Shown one piece after another: positions 1 to 11,800 of a stretch of 64,000 bases of DNA. How positions within the stretch are numbered: the first letter of the stretch is position 1; each line of letters begins with the position of its first letter. The notes under the pieces were generated by a model. That model searched no databases and was not told the DNA's origin. It saw nothing but the letters and a program-made list of their open reading frames with translations. The stretch is taken from contig JAYWIR010000005.1 in NCBI GenBank assembly GCA_036172245.1, positions 4,960,001 through 5,024,000 on the forward strand, written 5' to 3'. Both the position numbers and the translations under genes were made by a program. Origin of the DNA: Raillietiella orientalis (taxonomy: Eukaryota).

Positions 1-2554
1 AGTCCCCCGCCCGTACAGAGGCCGGCTGGCACCCTATTATTCCTATGTGGCTTCTGGAACCCATGCCCGCCTTAAAGGTCATGGTGGCAGACGTGCAGCC
101 GGTTCTGGACGCCAAGTCAGGCCTCCACCAGATCGAATCGTGCCTTGCCGGTTTCCTCAAGCGATCTTCACGCAATTCTTCCATGTGCCAGATAAAAACA
201 CTCTATCTGTGCGTCTACGCAGCATCGTGTTTTTTTTTTTCCTTCCATAAGCCCAGTAGTGACCTCATGGGGAGATCGCTGTTATTAGCCTAAGATGATA
301 AAAATCTTTTTGGGTTCCTCTGTTTTCGCTGCTCCCCTTCCAGATTTTTTTTGGTATTCAAGGGGTGTTGAAGAACCATTCGTCGCCTCCTTAGAGGGGG
401 CTCAGGATGCCTTTTAAACAGTGTTCACGCCAACCGAGGGTGAATGTAACTCTTCACGTGAGGGGGTAACCCAGGGGACCACCCTATGAATTCAGGAGGG
501 CTCTGAAGGAAGGGGTCGGTGTTTTTTGCCGTGTGTGGATGTGCACGTGGGTTTCGAAGTGAGCAGAAGGACGAATGGATTCCCGAATCCTGGCCACGAG
601 GACTGACGAATCTCGCGCGCGTTTTCCACATCCACACGCCCACTCACACAGTCTCACGTGGAAAAGTTCCAATTTCCTTTTCGAACAGGACAGTGCCTAG
701 TAAAAATCCAGGGTTGCCCCGTTACTAGCGCCGCTTGCAAGCAATGATCCCTGTGACGCTTGCTCCCCATGGAGGGCCCTATCTTGATTGGTTTCGAGAA
801 AATGAGGATCCGTGGTTCCGCTAGAAAAGCAAAAAAAAACACACATACACAGAAAGTGGAAAAGAAGGTGACGACGAAGAAGAAAATACCTCGCATAGAG
901 AGCACTCTGAGAAACTCTTTCCTGTTCCTGAGTTTCTTCCCTTCCCTTGGAAACCGTTGTGTGCGCGTTTTGCCCCAGGGAACGCGCCTGCTTCCCTGCT
1001 GATGAAACAAATGGCCGTCCTCGCTGTTGACAGATCGATGCGGGGATGGTTAACCGAAATCGAAGTGTTTGAACTGGCATGCCCAGTGCAGGTTGATGAC
1101 GCGCGGATGCCGTGGGGTAGTCGACGCACGTGGTTTCGAACGGTCCCGGTTATCGTCATCGATGGTAACGCCCCATCGGACACCTTCGCTCCTGCGCCGT
1201 GCAACCCAGGTTCTCAAACGAAACAAAAAAAACCACACAAGGGAGCCGGCTTCTCAGAGGAGGCGGTTCTTGCTCCGGATGCTCTGCGACAAGTGTTCGC
1301 ACCAACAACTGCACTTTCCTCTTCCCTTCCATTTTTTTTAAAAAAAAAATAAATAAAAATAAAAACGAAAAACAAGGTCTACTCCCCCTCCCTTTTTGAT
1401 GTGCATTTGTTATTAAGATAGAATAACAGCGCGTTTGATCAGATCAGCTGCTCTGCCTCCATTTGATTTTTCCGCACTGCAGTGGAAGAACGGTAATGGC
1501 TTGAGAAGTGTTTTAAGACAAGTCAGCCTCGCATCTGCAACACCAACCCCCGATTAGTGTGACAGATACGTCGCGAATGTCCCGCATCAAACCGAGTGAA
1601 GTTAAGCGAGTGCAGATTCCAGCAGAAAATAGGGGGATGAATTGCGAAAGGTCCATAAGTTTCTCGAAACGAGGCAAACAAGCAGGAATCTGATTTTAGG
1701 GGTAAATTTCCCTCCCTGAAGCCGGGGAGAAGGAGACGGAGTGTTCCGCATCGAAGTGCTCCCGCAAGAACTCCGTTCCATCGGACGGAGTTCGATGAAC
1801 GCGGAGAAACTTCCGCGGTCTTCATCGCAAAATTTCCGGTTCTTCTCGGCTTGAGCAACGCACCATCGAGAGGCGACAGTCCGTGAAGGAGGGGAGGGGG
1901 GGTTCAGCATTAAAAACACACACAAAATGCAGCATTGCAAGGGGGGCCACTGTGAGTGGAACCCTTTCGTTAACCAGTGGGTTAGGGACGTTTGCCCGAC
2001 GAAATACATGCAGTCCAGACGATGCACTGCAGCCAAAATGGCGGAATGGCGAAACGTCAGGAACGAGCAGAGGGACAAACGGAGCAATGCGGTCACGTGA
2101 AGGGTAGTAGGTGGCGGCTGTCGGACAAAAAGCGAAAGCACCACGGCGGAGCGCCGAACATCACAAGTTCCGTGAGGCATGCGCATCTTCGGCGCTTCCA
2201 AAAAAAAAAAAAGATTCCTTCCACGACTCAGCCGACCGGGGAGCACGGAGGAGCCTCAGGTATCAAAGAAGTTACGCTCAGTCTGCTCAGCATGACCTCA
2301 TTGATGTGCGATGTCTCTCCCTCTCGGGGACCGGTTCCCCTTTTCCCGCCTTCCTGCTCCTAAATCGGAGACAGCTCGTCGAGACGGAAAAAGCGCTCCC
2401 GGGCTGCGACCAACCCGTGCTCAAGATGTGTGCGTGCTTTGAATGAATCCGCTGCTTCGAATCCGCGAGAGTGGGAGTCATTCGGCCTTCCCCTGAGCTT
2501 CCCACTTCTTGCAGATGGAAGCAGAGCAGATTCCGCTCGTGGACCGAATTGATA

Positions 2555-2706
2555 GAACTAATCTCTCCGCATGGACAGGGGGATCTGGGAAAAATGCCCG
2601 TGGAAGACAATGGGACGGTCTCCCCAGTTTTACGGGCGCTTCGCGAAGGGAGAGGAAAAAACCTGAGACATCCGGAAATGGATGCAGCAAATTCGACGGG
2701 ACTTAA
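2555..2706 (+). mobile_element. Degenerate non-LTR retrotransposon 3' remnant (RTE-like)
   Basis: Across frameshifts: W-T-G..LGKMP...VLRALREGRG...RKWMQQIRRDL, resembling the RTE C-terminal WxGHxxRM...GRPxxRWxDxIxxDL. Recognised by eye only. Confidence 0.45.
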
Positions 2707-3229
2707 CTGTCGAAAGACCCTCAGGACTTCGAGAGTCCTTGAAAAATCAGAACGAAGACCTGGATGAAGGACAGAAGCAGAAGAATCCGGAGGAGCTGAT
2801 CTCGGCGAAGAATTCGCTTGAAGAATTCATCCCCAACCAGAAGAAGCGCCCGTCTTCGCTTGTCTTCTGCAGAAGCCGACACCCACCATCCGGAGGCTTG
2901 TTCGGCTTATTGGAAATTCCTCTCTTTCAGAAGGGGAATTTCCTCCTTCACGACTAACGTCATGGAAGTACCAATTGCTGTTTGTCCGTTTTCCTTTTTC
3001 AAATCTCTTTTCTCTTCTGAAGACGATGTTCACGGTTTCGCCTCGCTTGAAATTATCCCGTGGTCCATTTCCGAAACGGATGGGAGCGCTTCACTGCTGA
3101 ACTTTCCTCACCAACGATGCCTCATCCGTTTTACAGGACCCGATTCATCTCTCTTCAATGTTGGAACTCCCCAGCCAGTGAATCCTGGGGCTTGCGATGG
3201 CTTTCCCCGTCTTTGCTCACCAAACGAGG

Positions 3230-3480
3230 AGAATGCAGTTGTCCTGCGTTTTTCTCTCTTTCTCTTCCCCCTTCCCAGGGGATGAGACGTTTCCGCCTGA
3301 GGTTTGGCAGAACACCTGGAGGAGCGAAGCCCAAAGCTTCCGAACCACCGCCTCCTCTCGCGTTCATCCGTCAAGACAGAGAGAAATCCTCCTCCTTCTT
3401 TCCACTCGGAAGACTGAAACCGCTCGCTGCCATCTTCCTTCCATGTGCGCGACTCTAGCGGATTATGGAAGAAGGCGAAG
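3230..3480 (-). mobile_element. Degenerate RTE-like LINE remnant
   Basis: Within ORF 3108..3698: RTWKED...ERERRRWFGSFGLRSS...GRGKRKR, resembling xxWxD...RRLRWFGH...GKRxRG. By eye only. Confidence 0.45.
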
Positions 3481-4797
3481 AGCTCCATCGGTCTCTTCGA
3501 ATATTTGCCATTCCCTTGATGGACGGAATATCTTGGATTGTCCATGTGCCCTCTCACGTCCTTAGCTCCGAGCTCAGCAGCAGCTCTCCGCGTCTCCGTT
3601 TCCTGAAATCTGGAGCACCTTTTCGCGGGCGACTGGACCCACACAGTACTCGGGAGCGATGAAAGTTCACCCTTCAGCTTCGGCGGTCCCAGTACCACCA
3701 GTACCAGTATTTCGGAGGACTCCGGAGCAGCAGCCGTTCTGGTTCCTTGAAGGAGAACTGCTGAGCATCGGGGCCACCCTTCCTAAAGTGCTTTCCCGCG
3801 GGAGGAAGATCACCAGCCATTCATCTCCCACGACACTTTCACGGTGGCCCTCCGATGGAGCCGCGTCCCCGAGATCGCGGGTCGCGGGCCCTCTGTCCGT
3901 CTACCCTCCGGTTCCTGATCTTGCATTTCGCTCGTGTCTTGACTCATCGCGTGCGCTTTTGTTTCCCTTGCGAGTGGCGCTCGCGAACTCCGCAAGAATC
4001 GCCAGGGTCGCGACTGCATTCATCGAGAGACTTCTTGCCCACTAGCTCTCCATCTGGCGTTTAGGATGCCGGCGAATCTGCTCGTTTTCTGGTCCATTGG
4101 GGAACGCGGTTGATGCATTCCTTTCTGATGCAGCAACACTCAACTGGTGATAAGATGAGCAGGATGCCTGGGAAGCTACAAGGGGAGAGGAAGGGCGTTC
4201 CCCTGAAATCCTCCAGTCCCTGCGTACGCCCCGCCGTCGTCATTCCGTATCGCCCGAGAGACCGCTGGGTTCCGAGCGGGAACGAATGTTCCAGCCTCCT
4301 CATCTTTGGAGACACGCACTGCCGGGGTCATACCAGGGGAGGGAGACTGGGAGACTGGACGCGGCAGGTGTGGCAGGGGTGAGGTCGGCTCCATTCTTTC
4401 GTTTTCACCTTCCCGGATCTTCCGGGTCCATGATGGGCAGGGCTCCCGCCACATCACCTGGTTTCGCTTCCCGAACCTTTCCGGATGACCCGAATCGGCG
4501 AGAGAGTGAGTTCTCCGAACTCCCGGCGGGAGCGGTCACACACCCATCCTTGCTTCCTTAGAGCTGGGCAGCAGCGGCTTCCAGGAAGCTCTTCTTTCGG
4601 AATTCCCTTACTGTCCCCGCATCCCCAACCGCGAGAGAACGAAAACCAAGGATTGCCCCTCCCCCTTCCGCCCCTTTCCGCTTTTCGTGAAGCGGAATTG
4701 CAGGGAATCCGTGTGACCCAGAAACCGATGCCACTTGGAGAACAACAAAGGTAGTGATTTTAATCGAATGGGGTTTTCGGGAGTCCCAATTCCGACC

Positions 4798-4990
4798 GCT
4801 TCTCCCGTAAAAACCCACCGTCAAAGAACTTGCCCCCCCCCCACGTCCCACTCGTGCCGGAGGAACCCGTACGCGCCGTCCTCTCTGTCGCTTAGACGAG
4901 AGTGCGCGAGGAGGGGAGGAGGGGAAGAGCATTGGCCGAAGGATAGAAGACTGAGCACCAGGGTCTTTTGGAGACAAAGAAATCATCCGG
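4798..4990 (+). repeat. Left arm of a diverged inverted repeat (partner about 7718-7897)
   Basis: 4798-4835 matches the reverse complement of 7860-7897 at 35/38. 4890-4904 is the exact reverse complement of 7792-7806. Confidence 0.85.
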
Positions 4991-7717
4991 AGAAACCGGA
5001 GGGCAGGGATGAGGGGATAGTGGAGAAGGGCAAAGACAGAAGGGAGGAAGAGAAGGGAAGGAGGGTGAGATGCACCCTTGGACTTTCCTTCCGATGATCC
5101 CATTCGGCCGCCCGTCCAGGAAGGTCGGTCATCCCCTTCCTTTCGAGGACCTCCTGGAGCGCCGCCATCCAGTTGCTTTCGGAGGAACGGCGTCGCCTGC
5201 GAGACGCAAAGGGAAGGAGAAAGGGAGGGGGTGAAAGGGGGTGAAGAGGAGGAAATCGGGGGTCTTAAGGCGGGGAAGAAGATACGAGGGCCTTCCATCG
5301 GGGATGGACACCCTCCCTCCCCTTTCTAGCTCTCCCTCCTCCTCCTCTCTGGGCGATGGCGCTGTGGAAAGCGCGAGTTGCCCCGGGAGCGGTTTGGACC
5401 TGCTGTACCCGTTTCCGAGGAGCTCTCGTAGCCGCGAACGAGGGAGGAGGGAGGGATTGAGTCGGATCGCTGCCTTGTTCCATCCCTCCATCCTTCCTCG
5501 GAGCAATCGCACACGTCAGCAAAAACTCCCCCAAAATCCGGAAGGCAGCCTCAGGAAGAAGGCCCCTGGATGAAGACGTGGCGAACAAGGAGGAGGGAGA
5601 AGGGCGAACTCCCCCTCCTGTGAAAAAAAACCAGAGGTGTGGGGAGGACTGCTGGACTCCTCCCGCCAGCTTTTCCCTTCTCGCCTTCCTCGTTTCATGG
5701 TCCCGCTGCGGCATCCCGGGAAGAGCCCGGGAGGGAGGATGCCGGGATTCGGAGGCACACATTTCTCTGGGATGCTACCAGTGGATCAATTTATTGGTCC
5801 ATTTAGCCTCGCATAGGAGCAGCCGAGGTGAAAACGGGGAAGGAAGAGGATCGAGGGAGCAACCGCCTGTATCGGTGCCTAAGGCGACGGGAGGAAGACC
5901 GAAGGAAGGTGCCTCGGCAGGGAGAACGAGGGAGCCAGACTGCCTTCCGGAACCCAGGAGAGCTGGGTGCAAAGGGGAGAGGAGTTTCAGGAAGGTGCCC
6001 CTCCCTCCTGGGAAGCGCGCGTGAAGGGCGAGCTGGTCTTCTTGGGGGGATGCCAAGCCTAGGGGGGGATTCCCTGAAGGCGGCAGGAGAGCCTCCGCGC
6101 CCTGGCCCTCTACCGGAAGATCATGGAGAAAGCGGCGACACGGCGCAGGGTCCAACGTACCTTCACCCCCTCAAGGAGATCAGGTCTGGGAGTCTCTCAA
6201 AGCGCGCAGGGGAGGGCCTTCTGGCTGCCTCGGGAGTTCTTGTCTAGAGCTCCTGACCGGTGGGGAGCTCCACCCACCGACCTCCGGGATGCCTCTACCT
6301 CCGTAGCGGGCTAAGAGGCGCGTGGGATGCGCATCATGTGGGGCTGAGGAGCCCTCACCCTGAGATCTTGTTCCCTCCTTCGCCGCTCAAGTGCTCAGAG
6401 CGCGGCTCTGGAGATGTCCACGCTCTCACCCTTTCCCTTGCCTCCTACGAAGGTCCCTAGACTTCGTGAACAGCTAGGAGGAGGTGGAAGAGGTGGGAGG
6501 GGGGGGGGAAGAAGGAAGCGACCTTGCGATCCCCTCTTTCCCCTGACGGCCACCTGACCGCGGAAAAAGAGGAAGAGAGCCGTCCGCTGCTGCCTCGATT
6601 CAGTAGGGAGACCCTTACGACGAGGAATGCGGGGAGGGTGGCTTTGGATCGTGTGGCAAGTAAGGTTCCATCTCCGAGCAAGGCCCGGAAGTGACCCCCA
6701 CTAGGGAGGGAGGAGAGGGTAGAGGTCACGATCGACAGATTCGATTCCTCAAAGGACCTCTCAGTTCTGAGAGTGGGGCAAGCCGATGCATCCGAAGCAT
6801 CGCGACGGAGCAACCAGTGGCAGCGCCGCCCGTAGGTGTAGAGGAGAAGCGCTCTTTCTCTCGCTGATTTCGAAGGCCCAAGCCGTGACTGCAGTGCCGG
6901 ATGGCCCTCCCGACTAGGAAATGCCCGCAGACTCCACCAGGAGCGGCGAGAAGATGAAGCTGTCCCGATCGTCCATCCAGAAAGTCCAACTCGAAACGCG
7001 ACCAAGAGGAAGTCTGTAAGGAATCATGCAGCCGACTTCTGCCATCCGCGGCTTCTCAGGAAGCCACAGCCACGCTGGAAGCAGCCCCTCCCGGTCGGAA
7101 TTCTCAAGGAGTCGAGGTCAAAGCGGACCCTGCCCTCGACCCCGGAAAGCGGCCGACGACCCTTGATGGAACGAAGGGAATCAGGGGAAGGATTGACGAG
7201 CCCTGCTGGGATGGGAGCCCGGTCACGTCATCTCCAGCGCCCCCTCTTGCACAACGAGCACCCACCTCAGACAGGGAAGACACGCACGCCCCTTTCTTAC
7301 CGTGCTGCCGAAATGACTGCGGGGGTCACCGAAGGAAGAGGGTTACCGAAGGTTCCAGATTTCGGACTACGGGGATCACTCAGAGGTCTGCTATCAGCCA
7401 GCTAGTCTAGAAACGCCACAGCTCGATTCACCTGGAAGAGGATCAGACCGAATGAGGCCCTCGAGTGTCCAGTACCACGTGAGCGCAGAGCGTGGGGCTC
7501 AAGAAAATCCAGACCCCCGGACGAAGACCAGGAATAACGTGACGAAAGCTTGTGAGCTGAACGGAAGGAGCCAAGGTGGTGCATCCTGTTCGAGCCGAGG
7601 TCAGCGAGACATGGCTGGGAACTCCGGGCTGTCCTGGGATACTGCGCGTCCTCGAGGAACAAAAGGGAGAAGAGCTCTTAGCCACAGAAGAAATGCGCAA
7701 CGGGCCAAGGAGAGGGC

Positions 7718-7897
7718 CAAAGGATTTCGCTGCAGCAGGGACCCTGGAGCACAGACCTTCCTCCCGTCGGCAGTGTTCTCCCCTCTCTCCCCACTCTCGT
7801 CTAAGCAAGCGGGGACATGGCACGTACGGTTTCTTTTGTCATGAGCGTGAGACGTGGGAGGGCGAGTTCTTTGACGGTGAGTTTTTACGGCAGAAGC
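7718..7897 (-). repeat. Right arm of a diverged inverted repeat (partner about 4798-4990)
   Basis: Same alignment as the left arm; also visible as VKTHRQRT in ORFs 4735..5097(+) and 7601..7930(-). Confidence 0.85.
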
Positions 7898-8358
7898 ATC
7901 TCTTGGGAAACGGGCGACCAGCGGCTGCAAACGAAACGGGCGGCGTCCTCCAAGAGGTCCGGGCTACAGCGTGAGGAGGCTGATCACTAAACGAGACTTT
8001 AGCAAACGTTCGGTTCCACGCGCTCGGGATGTCCGGTGCTCCCACATTCCTGGTCGTGCAAGGGTAGTGCATGCTTTGGCAAGGGATGACTCCTCCCCAT
8101 GCCGACCGCAAGGATCTTTGGGTCTTTTTTGCAAGCTCGATGGCACGGGAATTTAAGAGGGTCGTTGGCCATGCGAACGATCCGCAAACGAGTCCGACTG
8201 TCGTCGTGCAGAAGCCGAAAGCTGACCTCGGATACGGCTAGCGGGAAAGTTCGGCTCTCTGCCTCTTCGGGCATTGAGTGCTCCGCCCGAACAACCTGAC
8301 TCGCCTTCTTTCTGAAATTTCGAACCCTGCGAACTCAGGAAGGCCGTCTCTCTTACGC

Positions 8359-8804
8359 TTGGTAAGCAGAACTGGCTCTGTGGGATGAACCAAACGTTGG
8401 GCTACGGCGACCTTTGCGACGCTCATCAGATCCCATGAAAGGTGTTAGTTGCTATGGACAGCAGGACGGTGGCCATGGGGATCGGAATCCGCTAAGGAGT
8501 GTGTAACGAATTACCTGCCGAAGCAACTAGTCCTGAAAATGGATGGCGCTTAAGCATCGAGCCCAACCGCCTGGGACAGAGCTGTTTCTGCCTTCCGAGC
8601 GTGTTCCAGAGGACGGCGGCAGGTTCCTCAGGTCCCGGCGAGTAGGACGGTGCACGCAGAAGGGTTTGGGCGCGAGCTTGCCTGGAGCCGCCGTCGGCGC
8701 AGATCTTGGTGGTAGTTGCAAATACTCTAGTGAGATCCTAGAGGTCTGATGTGGAGAAGAGTTCCATGCGAACAGCCTTTCAGCACGGTTCAGTCGATCC
8801 TAAG
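8359..8804 (+). rRNA. Isolated 28S rRNA fragment (about D5 to the start of D7a), probably a pseudogene
   Basis: Colinear conserved LSU blocks: ttggtaagcagaactggc, gacagcaggacggtggccatgg, tcggaatccgctaaggagtgtgtaac, ctgaaaatggatggcgct, gcagatcttggtggtag, cagtcgatcctaag. Substitutions at normally invariant sites, and no 18S, 5.8S or remaining 28S nearby. Confidence 0.92.
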
Positions 8805-11800
8805 TCCCCGGAGAAAGTCCTCCTCGAGGAGCACCGGCCAGAGAGAGCTCTTCCCAAGAGCGAGTCGCCCCGATACACCGCTCTCTGAAATGGTCAACAG
8901 ATTCCATCTTCAAGAACCGAATTCGAACCCACGCGAGCGGGCGCGGCAGAGCAGCAGCCAATCCGTTCTTATCTTTCTGGATCGTGGCGCGAGGAAGGAT
9001 CTTGAGGCAACAAATCGACAAGACTGCTCCTCCGGCTTGCGCAGATGCGAAGGAGGCAGGAAAGTTCCCGAAAGACCTATAAAGGATCTGTTTGGATGCG
9101 AGGTCGCCGAACTAATGAGGGATGGATTCGGCGGGAGGATGCAAATCCACTGGAAGCACGGCGCGAAGAATCTCCAGATTCCTTTTGCCACTTTGCCATG
9201 TAGGATAGAGGGAACGGAGGAGGCCCAAACGCTAGAATTTCAGATTCCAGGATCAAAGAATTCTGACGCCGAGTTTTCGAAGGATCTCGCCAACTTCCTC
9301 GCTGAAGGCATCCAGTAATTGGTTGGCACATCTCATGTTATTAAAGGAATTCCTTAGGAGACACTACGAGGCAGCCAGCCTGTAATAGTTGAGGCTGCTG
9401 AGCTCCAGAGTGCGGTTTCCTTGGTTCTTTCAAGATGCTTCGGGTATTTTCGTTTTCATCTGGATGTCTTTCCATCCAAGCTGTTCTCCTTTTAGCTGGC
9501 ACGAAATCTTCTCATTCGGGAATCACGGGAACAGATCGCTTTTGCCGCTCTTCTGCGAACTACGCGACACGACAATAGCTTTAGCGACCTATCTATCGGG
9601 GAGACAAGGGGGACTTGCACAACCCCCTCGCTCTGCCGAAACAGTTCGAACTTTCACTCCGTGCCTGAGAAAGAAGCCTGAAAGTGCACCTCCCACTATG
9701 ATCTCAGTTCTCTCTTTTTTATACTAAGTTTGCTCATGTCGATTCTCCCTTGCATGAAGAGCAACTGCTCCACCGGTTTCCTTGGCTTCCCTGCAGCGAA
9801 CCTTTCCTCGTTTTATCCCGGCCAAAGCTTCAGAGGTGCGATGCATCGCACTGGGCCATAAAGGCACCGTTGAGTGAGTTCCCGCTGATCCATGGAAGCT
9901 TGCAGTTTGCTGGGTTATTATTTTTAAATGGATCTTGCGAACACTAAAAGTCCAGGAAAGAGGGAAGGAGAAATATTGGGCTTGGAGAAGAGACAGAATT
10001 CTTACTACGAGCAATCAAGTAGTCTTCCACATTTAGTTTGCTGATAAGTTTTCCCGAAAAACGTGCTATTCTAATTTAGAAGTCTCGTGAAAGGAGACTC
10101 ATACTGATTCAATATTCATTTGGTTTCGGAATCGAAAAAAAGTTCTTGCAGCAGCAACCCATTATTCTCCATTTTGCTTCAAGTCCATTCTGCTCTGGGC
10201 ATTGCTCCCACCTCTTTTTAGATCTGAAGAAAGATTTCCATTCGCAAAAACAAAGGCAAAGAGAGGAAATAGATTAACGACATGTGGCCGCTATGAACTA
10301 TTGCAACGTTCCCGGCATAAAGCTTCTCCGACTTCAGCTTTCGTTTCTCGTTGTCCAGCACTGTCTTCGCATCTACCCAGGGGACCGAGGCAACCGAAAT
10401 GAGCAGTGTAAGGCACTCCGAGGAGTGGCAATAAAATTCTTCGATGCCACCTCCAGGTCAACAGATGCAACGGCATTCCCCGTTGTATCTCTATTTTCAG
10501 AGAGCGCAAACTCTGTGGGTGCATCTTCAGTGGCTCACGATGGGGAAGGGGGTGTGTGACAGCAGTAGTACTCGGAACACTCACCAGACGTGCTTTAAAA
10601 AGCCGATCGTACAAATTGCGGACACAGGAATGAGATTTCGGAGAGTGTGGTTTCTGGTGACGGCATAGATACACATCAATGTTTCAGAAACGCATCGCCG
10701 CTGGACCCACGGCAGTGCAAGCTGGACTGTGTGCAGAATGTGAACTGGAAACTGTCTCTGAAAATGTTTCGGAAGAAATCAGTACATCAGCTCCGAAAAT
10801 GTGATCTTGAGTCCTGTTAATGAGTCGGAAACCGGAGAACTTGGATTCACTCCAAAAGTCCAAGAGATTTAGACAAATGAAATTATTGGTAGTGCTCTGA
10901 AACGAAAGGTTAGAACATGAGGTCTTGTATTTTCTGCCTACCATGGCAACTCCAGAAATTTATATTTGTAAACCATGCCGGTTGTCTGAAAAGAAACTAT
11001 AGCAAGGAATGGATTTTCGTTTATTATTCTGATGAGAAAAATACCATATTTCCAGTACTTTGAAATTTTAGTGCTTTTGCGAGGTTTCGTATCACCGAAG
11101 AACTTATATGACCCAGCTAGAGGATCATGTGACCATTCTCATTCCGTCACGTGCCTTCCAATCGAGCTAATGCTTTTGATTTTGCGTCGCTCGTAACAGG
11201 AAAACACGAGGGAACGCTGACCACCACCACAGTGGCCGAGCAAAATGCCTTTCACGGCTCCATGCTTTTTCGGAACCTTTTCGTTCACGTGACCCAGGTA
11301 ATCCTTGGTTACAATTACGAGTTTTCCGTTGTTCTTGGCTGTGGTTGAGCAAACTAGCATTCCAGGAGAGGAACGTTCTGAAACCAAGAAACCGATTTTT
11401 TGTACCGTCTAAAAAGGCGGATAGCTGCGGGAGGATTTCTCAATGCAGCCTTCGAGCAGTCGTGGAAAAAAAAAAAAAAACACATTTTCATACGATCTCA
11501 TTCTATATTTGTTCACCTGCCTCTCAAGATACAGAGCACCACGCGCGCTGCATGTCCTGTCCGCCTTATTAAATCCGGGATAAGTACAAAAATGTACGAA
11601 TGTTCCTGTAAAATGAAAGCCTGCACTGAACCACCACCATTGAGTTTCACGAGCACACCTACTCAGCACAATTTCCACTTGGAAAACGCAAGCAACCGTA
11701 CGAGGTCCACCGTATGCAACCTACCTGATGAAACCGTCCAACCTACAAAGTTGAGTTCCGGGGAAGAAAAAAAAAAAAAAAAAATGCACCTTATCCACTA

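Noticed and set aside
1030..1200. ORF 957..1352 as a host exon
   Set aside because: EIEVFELAC...RMPW looks more like a decayed RTE motif (LEVFEMxCxRRMLRIPW) than a gene, and is too weak to list as a feature. The same applies to faint motifs near 9080-9340, 43745-43805 and 56860.
1768..1793. Short hairpins (gaactccgt...acggagttc; also aggcgtgtt...aacacgcct near 13162)
   Set aside because: Stems of about 9 bp are expected by chance in 64 kb, with no supporting context.
8359..9340. R1/R2-type 28S-specific retrotransposon insertion
   Set aside because: The known R1/R2 target region lies further 3' in 28S than this fragment, and the adjacent sequence shows only faint generic LINE motifs.
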